64,000 nucleotides of DNA from an uncultured Neisseria sp. GTDB lineage: Bacteria; Pseudomonadota; Gammaproteobacteria; Burkholderiales; Neisseriaceae. Each line of letters opens with the position of its first letter. Position 1 is the stretch's first letter. Shown piece by piece: positions 53,718-63,773 of the stretch. A program made the translations under genes and the position numbers. The DNA lies in assembly GCA_964563885.1 (NCBI GenBank), contig CAZLYX010000002.1, positions 12,293 to 76,292 of the forward strand. The letters run 5' to 3'. The notes beneath the pieces were generated by a model that was given only the letters and a program-made list of their open reading frames with translations, had not been told where the DNA came from and searched no databases.

Positions 53718-54563
53718 ATGCAGTGGCAATGTGGCCGGTTTAATTTAGATTTATCACAACCCAAGGTAATGGGTATCGTCAATGCGACTCCAGATTCTTT
53801 TTCAGATGGCGGCGTTTATTCGCAATCGACTGAATCTGCTTTGGTGCATGCAGAAAAGTTATTACAAGAGGGTGCAGATATCTTGGATATTGGTGGAGAA
53901 TCTACCCGCCCAGGTTCAGATTATGTTTCTCCTGAGCAGGAGTGGGCACGTTTGGCACCTATATTAGATGAGCTGGCTAAATGGGATGTGCCAATTAGCT
54001 TGGATACGCGACGAACATTTATCATGGGAAAAGCGTTAACTACTGGCGTAGTGGACATTATTAATGATGTATCTGCTTTAAGTGACGAGGGGGCTGTAGA
54101 GTTGTTGGCTCAAAAGCAAAGCATTGGTGTTTGCTTAATGCACATGCAAGGGCTACCTGAAACAATGCAGCATAACCCTAGTTATGATGATGTAGTGCAG
54201 GAAGTAGCACGTTATTTAAATCAGCGAGTAGAAATCTGCAAGCAGGCAGGGATTGATGAGACACGCTTGGTTTTAGATCCAGGTTTTGGGTTTGGTAAAA
54301 CGCTAAAGCATAATATTGCTTTAATGCAACATCTAAGCGATTTGTCTCAAGCTTGTGGCTTGCCTTTATTGATTGGCATGTCACGTAAACGTACGATAGG
54401 TGAGTTGACTGGTAAGAATGCGCCATCCGATCGTGTTGGTGGTAGTGTTGCTGCCGCATTAGCTTCAGTGGCGCGAGGCGCACAGATTGTGAGGGTGCAT
54501 GATGTTAAAGAAACAGTTGATGCGCTCAAGGTTTGGCAAGCATTAGGCGGACAAATCATCTGA
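53718..54563 (+). CDS. folP: Dihydropteroate synthase
   Basis: [26 protein letters not shown] and DPGFGFGKT match the family. The start was set at the ATG at 53718. Confidence 0.95.
   Translation: MQWQCGRFNLDLSQPKVMGIVNATPDSFSDGGVYSQSTESALVHAEKLLQEGADILDIGGESTRPGSDYVSPEQEWARLAPILDELAKWDVPISLDTRRTFIMGKALTTGVVDIINDVSALSDEGAVELLAQKQSIGVCLMHMQGLPETMQHNPSYDDVVQEVARYLNQRVEICKQAGIDETRLVLDPGFGFGKTLKHNIALMQHLSDLSQACGLPLLIGMSRKRTIGELTGKNAPSDRVGGSVAAALASVARGAQIVRVHDVKETVDALKVWQALGGQII
54150..54161 (+). repeat. DUS 11/12 copy (GGGCTACCTGAA) inside folP
   Basis: Read as GLPE. Confidence 0.75.
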
Positions 54564-54794
54564 ACTTAATTGCCGTTTGACCACGGTGGATTCTGTTAAA
54601 TCAACTCTTGATGCCGTTTATTTGTATAAGCTGCCTGATGTTTCTACTCATGTCGTTTTCTATTTGATTATGCGATAATTCATCGCATAGGTTATTTTTC
54701 TTGCGAGCAGTATTTAATTGATAGAACGCATCGCAGTTGCAGCTAACAAAGTGCTTATCGATATTAGAATTTAAAAATAAATTTTGGAGTAGTT

Positions 54795-56141
54795 ATGGTT
54801 AGGGAAAAAAAGTATTTTGGCACAGATGGCGTGCGAGGTGAAGTAGGACAGGCACCAATTACGCCAGAGTTTGTGTTAAGACTTGGCTATGCGGCTGGTA
54901 AAGTACTGGTGCAACATGATGCAGCACAACGACCTACCGTGTTGATTGGCAAAGATACTCGAATTTCTGGCTATATGCTTGAAGCTGCGTTAGTAGCTGG
55001 CTTTACTGCTGCAGGAGTGGATATTATTCAAACTGGCCCATTGCCTACGCCGGGTGTAGCTTATTTAACTCGTGCCTTACGTTTGGCTGCCGGTGTGATG
55101 ATTTCGGCTTCACATAATGTCTACTCTGATAATGGCATTAAATTTTTTGCAGAAGGCGGCGTTAAGTTAAGCGATGAACTTGAGCTTGAAATTGAAGCTG
55201 AATTAGAACGAGATTTACAAACTTTATCTTCTGACTGTATAGGTCGTGCGCGTCGTATCAATGGTTCGGATGATCGTTATATCGAATTTTGTAAATCAAC
55301 GTTTCCAAATCATTTAGATTTGCGTGGTTTAAAACTGGTCGTCGATTCGGCTAATGGTGCAGGTTATCATGTGGCACCTAAAGTATTCCATGAGTTGGGC
55401 GCGCATGTGATTAGCATTGGTGACCAACCAAATGGTTATAATATTAATGATAAAGTAGGTGCTACTTACCCTAAAACATTGCAAGCGGCAGTGTTACAAA
55501 ATGAAGCTGATTATGGCATTGCTTTAGATGGTGATGGCGATCGACTTATTATGGTTGATAAACATGGCAAAGTTTACGATGGTGACAGCTTAATTTATGT
55601 GGTGGCTAAAGCTCGAGCCAAAGAAGGAATTGAAATTGGTGGCGTAGTTGGTACCGTAATGACTAACATGGCGATGGAGTTGGCTTTAAAAGAACAAGGT
55701 GTAGCATTTTGTCGTGCAAAAGTTGGTGATCGCTATGTATTAGAGCAATTAAATCAACGTGGATGGTTAATTGGCGGCGAAGCTTCTGGGCATATTTTGT
55801 GTATGGATAAACATAATACTGGTGATGGTATTATATCGGCATTACAAGTTTTGGCTGGATTGAGTACGCTAAATCAGGATTTAGCCAGTGTATTAGCTGA
55901 TTGGCAAGCATTCCCACAAACTATGATTAATGTAAGGATTGAAAAAGGACAAGACTGGCAGACTGCCTCTAAAGCAGTATTGGCCGAAGTAGAGAAAGAG
56001 TTAGAAGGAAAAGGACGTGTGGTTTTACGTGCCTCAGGAACAGAGCCGGTAGTGCGTGTTATGGTCGAAGCCAAGCAGGCAGATTGGGCTCAGAATAGTG
56101 CAGAACGAATCGCAGCAGCTATTCAAGGTGGCAAAAAGTAA
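54795..56141 (+). CDS. glmM: Phosphoglucosamine mutase
   Basis: YFGTDGVRG, the active-site SASHN and GDGDR match the family. The folP-glmM order is conserved. Confidence 0.96.
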   Translation: MVREKKYFGTDGVRGEVGQAPITPEFVLRLGYAAGKVLVQHDAAQRPTVLIGKDTRISGYMLEAALVAGFTAAGVDIIQTGPLPTPGVAYLTRALRLAAGVMISASHNVYSDNGIKFFAEGGVKLSDELELEIEAELERDLQTLSSDCIGRARRINGSDDRYIEFCKSTFPNHLDLRGLKLVVDSANGAGYHVAPKVFHELGAHVISIGDQPNGYNINDKVGATYPKTLQAAVLQNEADYGIALDGDGDRLIMVDKHGKVYDGDSLIYVVAKARAKEGIEIGGVVGTVMTNMAMELALKEQGVAFCRAKVGDRYVLEQLNQRGWLIGGEASGHILCMDKHNTGDGIISALQVLAGLSTLNQDLASVLADWQAFPQTMINVRIEKGQDWQTASKAVLAEVEKELEGKGRVVLRASGTEPVVRVMVEAKQADWAQNSAERIAAAIQGGKK

Positions 56142-56267
56142 TAAATGTATTGTTAAATACGTTTATAATGAGTGTTGCGCATAATATAAAGCTGTGCGAA
56201 TACTTGAACTTTAGAATAACGGTTCTATCTTGTTAATACTTTAATCGAAAAAGGAAGCAGGGCTGGC

Positions 56268-56939
56268 ATGTTTGTCTTGTTAGAAGCATTTTTTACAGAG
56301 TATGGATATGCAGCTGTTTTCTTTGTATTGGTAGCTTGCGGATTTGGTGTCCCTATCCCGGAAGACATTACCTTGGTAACAGGTGGCGTTATTTCAGGAT
56401 TGGGATATACCAACGTTCATACCATGGTAGTAGTAGGTATGGTTGGTGTATTAGTGGGCGATGGTTTAATGTTTACCGCAGGGCGAATTTTTGGGCATAA
56501 GATTCTCAAAGTGCGCATCATAGCTCGGGTGATGACCCCTAAACGTTATGTTCAAGTCCAAGAGAAGTTTGACCGATATGGTAATCGAGTTTTATTTATT
56601 GCTCGTTTTTTGCCGGGGTTGCGCACGCCAATTTATATAACTGCAGGCATTAGCCGTAAAGTTTCTTATCTGCGTTTTTTCTTAATGGATGGTTTGGCGG
56701 CACTTGTTTCTGTACCTGTTTGGGTTTATTTAGGTTCTTATGGTGCAGAACAAACTGATTGGCTGATGAGAAAAGTACATCAGTTTCAGTATGGTTTATT
56801 TGGTTTGATTGCTTTGGGTGTAATTGCTTTAGCTTATGTGTGGTGGAGAAAGCGCCAGAGAATTCGTTTTTTTAGAGAACGTTTACAACAATCGCGTGCT
56901 GCTCGACGTGCTGCTAAAGAATTGAAAAAGAAAAAATAG
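56268..56939 (+). CDS. DedA family membrane protein
   Basis: The conserved DedA blocks GFGVPIPED and ARFLPGLRT are present. It has a basic C-terminal tail. Confidence 0.85.
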   Translation: MFVLLEAFFTEYGYAAVFFVLVACGFGVPIPEDITLVTGGVISGLGYTNVHTMVVVGMVGVLVGDGLMFTAGRIFGHKILKVRIIARVMTPKRYVQVQEKFDRYGNRVLFIARFLPGLRTPIYITAGISRKVSYLRFFLMDGLAALVSVPVWVYLGSYGAEQTDWLMRKVHQFQYGLFGLIALGVIALAYVWWRKRQRIRFFRERLQQSRAARRAAKELKKKK

Positions 56940-56997
56940 CTTAATATAGCAATAAGAATTTCAGTAGATTTGGAAGTCTTGTTGCTATATTTCATAA

Positions 56998-57009
56998 AGG
57001 CTACCTGAA
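56998..57009 (+). repeat. DUS exact copy (single, upstream of speB)
   Basis: Read directly. Confidence 0.9.
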
Positions 57010-57035
57010 AAATAGACTGAGAATAAGGACTATTC

Positions 57036-58013
57036 ATGACTGATAACATTTTCGGAGATGGCGCTTTTCGTCGTGAAGGCCTAAAAGGTTCAATGGTTGA
57101 AAATACCTATGCTGGCGCTTTATCTTTCATGCGTCGCAAATATACCCGTGACTTAACAGATGTTGATGTAGTGGTTTCGGGAGTGCCATTAGATTTAGCT
57201 ACTACTTTTCGCCCTGGTGCTCGCTTAGGACCAGCAGCAATTCGTGCTGCAAGCGTGCAATTGGCAGAATTAAATCTTTTTCCTTGGGGTTTTGATCCGT
57301 TTGATGATTTGGCTGTCATTGATTACGGTGATTGTTGGTTTGATGCGCACCAACCGTGGACTATTCGAGAAAGTATCGTTCAACATGCGCGTGACATTAT
57401 TCAAAATAGCAATGCAAAAATGTTAACACTAGGTGGGGACCATTACGTTACTTATCCTTTGCTACAGGCTCATGCTGAAAAATATGGTAAACCTCTAAGC
57501 CTGTTACATTTTGATGCGCATTGCGATACTTGGCCAGATGACGAAGAAAATTCTTTGAATCACGGTACGATGTTTTATAAGGCAATTAAAAACGGGCTCA
57601 TAGATCCTAAAAGTTCAGTGCAAGTTGGCATTAGAACTTGGAATAGTGATTTTATGGGAATGAATATGCTTTTTGCACCATGGGTGAACGAAAATGGCAT
57701 AGAAGCAACCGTTAAGCGTATTTACGAAACAATTGCTGATCATCCTGTGTATATTACATTTGATATTGATTGTTTAGATCCTGCTTTTGCACCTGGTACA
57801 GGCACGCCTGTACCAGGTGGTTTAAGCACACATACTGCGTTAGGGATTGTGCGGGAACTAGGTGGGCTAAATATTGTTGGCATGGATGTGGTCGAAGTGT
57901 CGCCTGCATACGATAATGCAGAAATAACAGCGATTGCCGCTGCTCACGTAGCGGCAGACATGCTTTGTTTGCTGCGAAATAAAAAAATGAAAATAAATAA
58001 TGCTCGCGCTTAG
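57036..58013 (+). CDS. speB: Agmatinase (ureohydrolase family)
   Basis: The manganese-ligand blocks GGDHYVTYP, HFDAHCDT and DIDCLDPAFAPGTGTP are present. Confidence 0.88.
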   Translation: MTDNIFGDGAFRREGLKGSMVENTYAGALSFMRRKYTRDLTDVDVVVSGVPLDLATTFRPGARLGPAAIRAASVQLAELNLFPWGFDPFDDLAVIDYGDCWFDAHQPWTIRESIVQHARDIIQNSNAKMLTLGGDHYVTYPLLQAHAEKYGKPLSLLHFDAHCDTWPDDEENSLNHGTMFYKAIKNGLIDPKSSVQVGIRTWNSDFMGMNMLFAPWVNENGIEATVKRIYETIADHPVYITFDIDCLDPAFAPGTGTPVPGGLSTHTALGIVRELGGLNIVGMDVVEVSPAYDNAEITAIAAAHVAADMLCLLRNKKMKINNARA

Positions 58014-58038
58014 TATCCCATAGCCCAATTGAATAATA

Positions 58039-59031
58039 ATGAAAAAACGTATTGGTGTTTTATATACTGGTGGCACTATAGGTATGCGACAAAGCTTGGA
58101 GGGTCTTATACCTGATGTAGCTTTGGCCAGTAAAGCATTACTTCCTTTTGAACAACAATTTGAATTTGAATGGCATATTTGTGATCCATTGATTGATTCT
58201 TCAGCAATCCAACTTAGCCATTGGCAAGAGTGGGTAGCGCTTATTATTACAAAAATTAGTCAATATGATGGCATTCTAGTACTACATGGCACAGACACCA
58301 TGGCGTATACAGCAAATTTTTTAGCTTTAGCGATTCAAAGCTTACACAAACCAATCGTATTAACTGGCTCACAATGGCCATTTGATGCAGTAAAAAGTGA
58401 TGCTACTTTAAATCTTGCTGTGGCAGTAGCCGCTTTTCAGAAAGAATGGATGGGAGTAGCAGTTGCTTTTAATGGGAAACTTTATCCAGCGGTAGGAATC
58501 AGTAAAATCAGTACCGAAAATGCAACAGGATTTGCTAATGCTCATTTCAATGCTATTGGAGCATGGTCTGAGCAGCAGGGATGGACTGATTGGAATGGTG
58601 ATTCATTAAGCCAACACGATGATGCATCAACAACCTTTGCATTCAAGCTAAAAAATACAGTTAAAGTTGCTGTATATTGGTTAGCGCCAGGATGCAATGC
58701 AGATATGATTGCAAAAAGCTTAAGTGATTTTGAATCAGACGCTGCCGTCTTGATGACTTATGGCCATGGCAATGCTCCGGCTTCAGGACACTTAATCTCA
58801 TCAGTAAAAAAATACACTGCAACGGGGAAGCACATATTGAATATCAGCCAAGTTTTACAAGGATCCGCTGCTGACACCTATGCTCAGGGGAGTGCTTTAA
58901 GAAAAGCTGGCGTGATTGTGGGTGGTAAAGCAAACATAGAAACAGCAGTTGCTTTAATGCATTTAAGTGCTAGTCAGCAATGGCCGATAGCCCAAATAAC
59001 ACAGGTTTTACGGAATCATCAATTACTCTGA
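58039..59031 (+). CDS. ansA: L-asparaginase, type I (cytoplasmic) family
   Basis: It has the N-terminal catalytic motif VLYTGGTIGM and the HGTDTM block. Confidence 0.8.
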   Translation: MKKRIGVLYTGGTIGMRQSLEGLIPDVALASKALLPFEQQFEFEWHICDPLIDSSAIQLSHWQEWVALIITKISQYDGILVLHGTDTMAYTANFLALAIQSLHKPIVLTGSQWPFDAVKSDATLNLAVAVAAFQKEWMGVAVAFNGKLYPAVGISKISTENATGFANAHFNAIGAWSEQQGWTDWNGDSLSQHDDASTTFAFKLKNTVKVAVYWLAPGCNADMIAKSLSDFESDAAVLMTYGHGNAPASGHLISSVKKYTATGKHILNISQVLQGSAADTYAQGSALRKAGVIVGGKANIETAVALMHLSASQQWPIAQITQVLRNHQLL

Positions 59032-59074
59032 TAACAGTATGTAGTTTATATATAAAAACAAAAGGTTTTAGAAA

Positions 59075-60247
59075 ATGAAACTCGCCTTAACAACATTATG
59101 GCTACTTCTAATCACGCTTGATTCTTATTATTTTTATCAAGTTGGAGCGCCGGTATTTCCACTACTGGCAGCGTGTATGAGTGTAGTATTTGTGATTTAT
59201 AATTACAGAAAAGTTAACTTCTCTGAAATTATTGTCAATCAGAAAAAAGTGCTTTTTATTTTTGCGTATCTTGCAATCAGCAGTATTGTGATTGGTCTTT
59301 TTTATCAAACTGCGGTATTTGAAAAACGAATACCAGCATTAGTTTTCTTTTTGCCCATTATTATTCATGCTGGTTATCTTTTTCACAGCAGGCCAGATTT
59401 ATTGAAGTCTGGGCTTAAGATAGTATTAAGCATTCATTTGCTGTTTTTCTTTGTGCAATTTATCACTTACTATGCAACAGGTAATTTTCTTGATTATCTT
59501 GAACCTATTACTGGAGAATCGCAACGCGCATTGGGTGGTAGTTATACGTTTAGCGCACTGAATATTAAGCTTATTCGTGCAACAGGTTTGTTTAATGAGC
59601 CTGGCAGCTATTCAACATTTGTGTTTCTTACCTACGCCATTTTACAGATCGTTCGCAAAAATTTAAATGAGGATCTTAGCATAACGTTATTTGATGGTTT
59701 AGTTTTAATGTCTATTTTGCTAACTTTTTCTATTTTTGGATTTATTTTCACATCCACTTATGTGGCAACCTTGTTGATTCACAAAAAATTAAGCACTAAA
59801 ATTGCTGTTGCTGTTATGGCGACACCCTTTATGTATTTGTCGGTAATAAACTATATTATGCCGCGTTTTGGTAAAGATGCCGACCATTCTGGTGTGGGCT
59901 TTAGAACTGAGATTGTACAATATGCGATTGATCATATTCCTGAAAATACATATGCCACTTTGATCGGCTACGGTTCTTTTGTAGATTTAAATACCTTATT
60001 TAATGTTTCTTTTTTCTGGAATGACGTTGGATTGATTCTAAATCTAATTACCTCTTTTGGTGTTGTGGGCATGATTATTCTGGCTTTTATCAGTAGAGAA
60101 GCCTTTATGAAATATAAACTATTCTTTATTATTCTATTGCTAGCAAAGCTATCGATTTATACTATTTTTATTTGGTTTTGCTTTTCTATCTTTTATTCAA
60201 GAGCAACAGAACAAGCATCTGGAAAAGTATTTCCAGAAACCAGCTAA
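59075..60247 (+). CDS. Polytopic membrane protein, possibly O-antigen ligase/polymerase (Wzy)-like; AT-rich
   Basis: It has roughly 10 hydrophobic segments, is Phe/Ile/Leu/Tyr-rich, and has one larger loop (about residues 130-175). The family assignment is tentative. Confidence 0.35.
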   Translation: MKLALTTLWLLLITLDSYYFYQVGAPVFPLLAACMSVVFVIYNYRKVNFSEIIVNQKKVLFIFAYLAISSIVIGLFYQTAVFEKRIPALVFFLPIIIHAGYLFHSRPDLLKSGLKIVLSIHLLFFFVQFITYYATGNFLDYLEPITGESQRALGGSYTFSALNIKLIRATGLFNEPGSYSTFVFLTYAILQIVRKNLNEDLSITLFDGLVLMSILLTFSIFGFIFTSTYVATLLIHKKLSTKIAVAVMATPFMYLSVINYIMPRFGKDADHSGVGFRTEIVQYAIDHIPENTYATLIGYGSFVDLNTLFNVSFFWNDVGLILNLITSFGVVGMIILAFISREAFMKYKLFFIILLLAKLSIYTIFIWFCFSIFYSRATEQASGKVFPETS

Positions 60248-60273
60248 TTATTTTCGATTTAGTTTAAATTACT

Positions 60274-60302
60274 AAAAGCCTTTTGTTATGCAAAAGGCTT
60301 TT
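60274..60302 (+). terminator. Rho-independent terminator
   Basis: aaaagccttttg-ttatg-caaaaggctttt. Confidence 0.8.
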
Positions 60303-60460
60303 TATGTTTTATGATAAGGGCGAAACAGCTGATATTGTTGTGAAATATAACCAGTACACTGCTGGAAATTCTAGAGTGTATTTAACGAATAGTGTATGAT
60401 TCGCGCAGTATTGGTTTGCCAATCTCAATAGGCAAATCTGCCTATATTCAGCTACAGACT

Positions 60461-60472
60461 TTCAGGTAGCTT
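60461..60472 (-). repeat. DUS variant (AAGCTACCTGAA) upstream of prfA
   Basis: ctTTCAGGTAGCTTat. Confidence 0.85.
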
Positions 60473-60499
60473 ATTAATGAATTGAACGATAAACAGATT

Positions 60500-61576
60500 A
60501 TGAAACCATCGATTTTACAAAAACTACAAGGTTTGACTGAGCGACTGGAAGAGGTGACTTATCTCTTAGGTTCACCCGAAGCCACCGACAACATGGACAA
60601 CTATCGTAAACTTACTCGAGAACATTCTGAAATAACGCCAATCGCAGGCGTGTTCCAGCAATATACATTGGCACAAAGTGATTTGTCTGAAGCTGAAACC
60701 ATGCTGAGTGATCCCGATATGAAAGATTTTGCGGCTGAAGAAATTGAGGCTGCAAAAGTCAAAATGAATGTATTAGAAATTGAGCTGCAAAAACTGCTAT
60801 TGCCAAAAGATGCAGATGACGATAAAAATATTTTTATTGAAGTACGTGCTGGTACTGGTGGTGACGAAGCTGCATTATTTGCTGGCGACTTATTGCGCAT
60901 GTATACCCGCTTTGCAGAACGAAACCGCTGGCAAGTTGAAATTGTGTCGTCTCACGAAAGTGATTTAGGCGGCTACAAAGAAGTGATTGCACGCATTATC
61001 GGCTTGGGCGCATATAGCAAATTAAAGTTTGAATCGGGCGGTCACCGTGTTCAACGCGTGCCGACCACCGAAAGCCAAGGCCGCATTCATACCTCAGCGT
61101 GCACGGTTGCTGTGATGCCAGAAGCAGACGAGTTAGAAAACATTATAATAAATTCAGGCGATTTACGAATTGATACTTTTCGAGCATCTGGTGCTGGTGG
61201 CCAACATATTAATAAAACCGATTCAGCGGTACGCCTTACTCACTTGCCCAGTGGTATGGTGGTTGAATGCCAAGATGGTCGCTCTCAGCATGCTAACAAA
61301 GCTCAGGCAATGAAAGTGTTGGCTTCGCGCTTGAACAACATGCAAAAACAAGCAGCCCATGATAAAGAAGCGGCTGAGCGTAAAAGTTTGATTGGCAGTG
61401 GTGACCGCAGCGAGCGAATTCGTACCTATAACTTTCCACAAGGCCGTGTGAGCGATCATCGTATTAATCTCACATTGCATAAGCTAGATTTTGTTATGGA
61501 CGGCGATTTGGACGAGCTGACTAATGCATTGAGTGCAGAGCATCAAGCAGAGTTGCTGGCACATATGGGTGATTAA
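60500..61576 (+). CDS. prfA: Peptide chain release factor 1
   Basis: It has the PxT-type recognition region ([12 protein letters not shown]) and the GGQ motif ([11 protein letters not shown]). The start was set at the ATG at 60500 (MKPSILQKL). Confidence 0.96.
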   Translation: MKPSILQKLQGLTERLEEVTYLLGSPEATDNMDNYRKLTREHSEITPIAGVFQQYTLAQSDLSEAETMLSDPDMKDFAAEEIEAAKVKMNVLEIELQKLLLPKDADDDKNIFIEVRAGTGGDEAALFAGDLLRMYTRFAERNRWQVEIVSSHESDLGGYKEVIARIIGLGAYSKLKFESGGHRVQRVPTTESQGRIHTSACTVAVMPEADELENIIINSGDLRIDTFRASGAGGQHINKTDSAVRLTHLPSGMVVECQDGRSQHANKAQAMKVLASRLNNMQKQAAHDKEAAERKSLIGSGDRSERIRTYNFPQGRVSDHRINLTLHKLDFVMDGDLDELTNALSAEHQAELLAHMGD

Positions 61577-61593
61577 ACCTTGTTGCGAATAAA

Positions 61594-61643
61594 AGGCTAC
61601 CTGAAAACTTTAATTTCATTAAAATTGAGCTTTCAGGTAGCCT
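61594..61643. terminator. Exact DUS inverted pair after prfA (26-nt loop)
   Basis: Read directly. Confidence 0.8.
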
Positions 61644-61751
61644 TTTATTGTTTAGAAGCTTTTAATGCTAGTAGAGTTTAAATAACCTTTACAGCATCCC
61701 GTAAATAATCTAGTTCAGCTATAATCGCACATTAATTATTGAGGAATTTTC

Positions 61752-62840
61752 ATGAGCAGTCCCGAATATTGTCAGCAATTAGAAGAGAAGAAAATACGCT
61801 TGAGCCAATTGTTCAGTGATATTGCTGTACCTAGAATTGAGGTATTTGCTTCACCGGAACAATACTTCCGTATGCGGGCAGAATTTCGTTTGTGGCACGA
61901 GGATGAGGATATTTTTTATGCCATGTTTGCTCGCGGTGAAAAACCCAGTAGCGCTTCAATGATACGCGTTGATCATTTTCCGACAGCACACGAAAGCATT
62001 AATAACATGATGTCGCGGCTATTAGCAGCGATAGCTAATAATCTGTGTTTAACAAACCGATTGTTTCAAGTAGAGTTTTTATCTACACTCAGTGGTGAAA
62101 TGCTGATTACACTGATTTATCGTGCGCCATTAGATGAGGTTTGGCGTATTGAAGCCGAAAAATTGGCGCGTGAATTAGATGTTTATATTATTGGCCGCAG
62201 CCGTGGGCAAAAAGTGGTGTTGTCACAAGACTATGTGACTGAAAAATTAACTGTTCACGGGCGAGAATTTAGTTACCGTCAAATTGAAGGTGGGTTTACT
62301 CAGCCTAACGCTTATGTTTGTCGAGATATGTTGGAATGGGCATGCAGTGCCGCTAAAGGTTTAGGCGGAGATTTGCTCGAATTATATTGTGGCAATGGCA
62401 ATTTTACGCTGCCGCTTTCTACTCACTTTAAGCGTGTTTTGGCTACCGAATTGTCCAAAACATCAGTTTACGCCGCACAAGAAAATATCGCTGCTAATGG
62501 TGCTGATAACATTGATATAGTGCGTTTGTCAGCACAAGAGTTTACCGAAGCTTATTCAGCTGTGCGCGAATTTCATCGTTTGCAGCAACAAAAAATCTAT
62601 TTAACTGATTATGAATTTTCAACGGTATTTGTCGACCCACCACGAGCTGGTATTGACAACGAAACATTGAAACTACTACAAGGTTTTGAAAATATTATCT
62701 ATATTTCATGCAACCCAGAAACCTTGCGTGCTAATTTGGATACACTGACACAAACGCATAGCATTCAACGCTTTGCACTATTCGATCAATTTCCATTTAC
62801 TCATCATATAGAAAGTGGCGTATTGTTGATTAAAAAGTAA
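61752..62840 (+). CDS. trmA: tRNA (uracil54-C5)-methyltransferase TrmA
   Basis: [23 protein letters not shown] and ISCNP are catalytic blocks. Confidence 0.93.
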   Translation: MSSPEYCQQLEEKKIRLSQLFSDIAVPRIEVFASPEQYFRMRAEFRLWHEDEDIFYAMFARGEKPSSASMIRVDHFPTAHESINNMMSRLLAAIANNLCLTNRLFQVEFLSTLSGEMLITLIYRAPLDEVWRIEAEKLARELDVYIIGRSRGQKVVLSQDYVTEKLTVHGREFSYRQIEGGFTQPNAYVCRDMLEWACSAAKGLGGDLLELYCGNGNFTLPLSTHFKRVLATELSKTSVYAAQENIAANGADNIDIVRLSAQEFTEAYSAVREFHRLQQQKIYLTDYEFSTVFVDPPRAGIDNETLKLLQGFENIIYISCNPETLRANLDTLTQTHSIQRFALFDQFPFTHHIESGVLLIKK

Positions 62841-62850
62841 TTGAATCAAA

Positions 62851-62903
62851 AGTCTAGCTGAAAAAACAGAATTTTAGTGACTCTGTTTGCTTTCAGCTAG
62901 CCT
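62851..62903. terminator. Decayed DUS pair (AGTCTAGCTGAA / TTCAGCTAGCCT)
   Basis: Both arms carry the same compensating C-to-G change in the core, which preserves the hairpin. Confidence 0.6.
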
Positions 62904-63059
62904 TTTAATATATACAAATATGAAGCAGATTTGTTCATTAAATAATATTCGATTATAAATAAACAAGTTGAGTAAATTTATAAATTCACATAAGTTTGAT
63001 ATCTAATTGGCTTATATTTAGGTATAGTGATCATACTTTCAACTTAATGGAGACTCACC

Positions 63060-63479
63060 ATGAAAAAAACAATCCTTGCGCTATTTTTAGCAACTATTGC
63101 CGGTTATGGTATGGCAAAAGACAAACAACAGGTAACTGTTTCGCTAACTTCGGCCAGCACGATGGCTCAAGGCATGGCGATGGTTTTAGCCAATCAAATG
63201 CAAGAGCAAGGTGCACAAGTGGATATTTTACTCTGCGATAAAGCAGGCGATATCGCTTTAAAAGGTGCTAAAGGTGAAGCGCTGAAACCTAATAATGTTA
63301 CTCCTGCACAGTTGTTAGACGGCGCTATTAAAAAAGGCGCAACGGCTTCTGTATGTGCGCTTTACTTGCCGAATACAGGCCATAAGGCAGAAGATTTACG
63401 TGATGGTATTAAGCCAGCAAATCCTGCAGCAATGGCCGCTAGCTTGCTAGAAAAAAACCGTAAGCATATCGGTTTTTAA
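63060..63479 (+). CDS. Periplasmic DsrE/DsrF-like family protein (tentative)
   Basis: It has a signal peptide. The small alpha/beta pattern has conserved Cys (ILLCDKAG, SVCALYL). Confidence 0.4.
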   Translation: MKKTILALFLATIAGYGMAKDKQQVTVSLTSASTMAQGMAMVLANQMQEQGAQVDILLCDKAGDIALKGAKGEALKPNNVTPAQLLDGAIKKGATASVCALYLPNTGHKAEDLRDGIKPANPAAMAASLLEKNRKHIGF

Positions 63480-63499
63480 TTCAAGTTTGTTAGTAAGAT

Positions 63500-63546
63500 A
63501 AACCTGTGTTGGCGCTTAATTAAATAGGCGTGACACAGGTTTTTTA
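63500..63546 (+). terminator. Terminator hairpin
   Basis: aaacctgtgt...acacaggtttttt. Confidence 0.7.
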
Positions 63547-63642
63547 TTTAGACGATTCTGAGTGAGCGAAACGAATTAAATCATTAAGCGTGATACAAGC
63601 AATAAAGCAGCTTTACATCAGTTTTGTTTTTACAGTTTTAAA

Positions 63643-63670
63643 AGGCTACCTGAAACGTTTCAGGTAGCTT
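63643..63670. terminator. DUS inverted pair (exact / AAGCTACCTGAA variant)
   Basis: AGGCTACCTGAAacgtTTCAGGTAGCTT. Confidence 0.85.
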
Positions 63671-63773
63671 GTTAAGTATTTACTTGGTTAGACTTAAAAC
63701 ATAAGTCTTGTTTGACAGCGTTGTTTAGATTGTGGAGTGTCTATTATTAACAGTGTTCCAACGAAAAAGTGCT

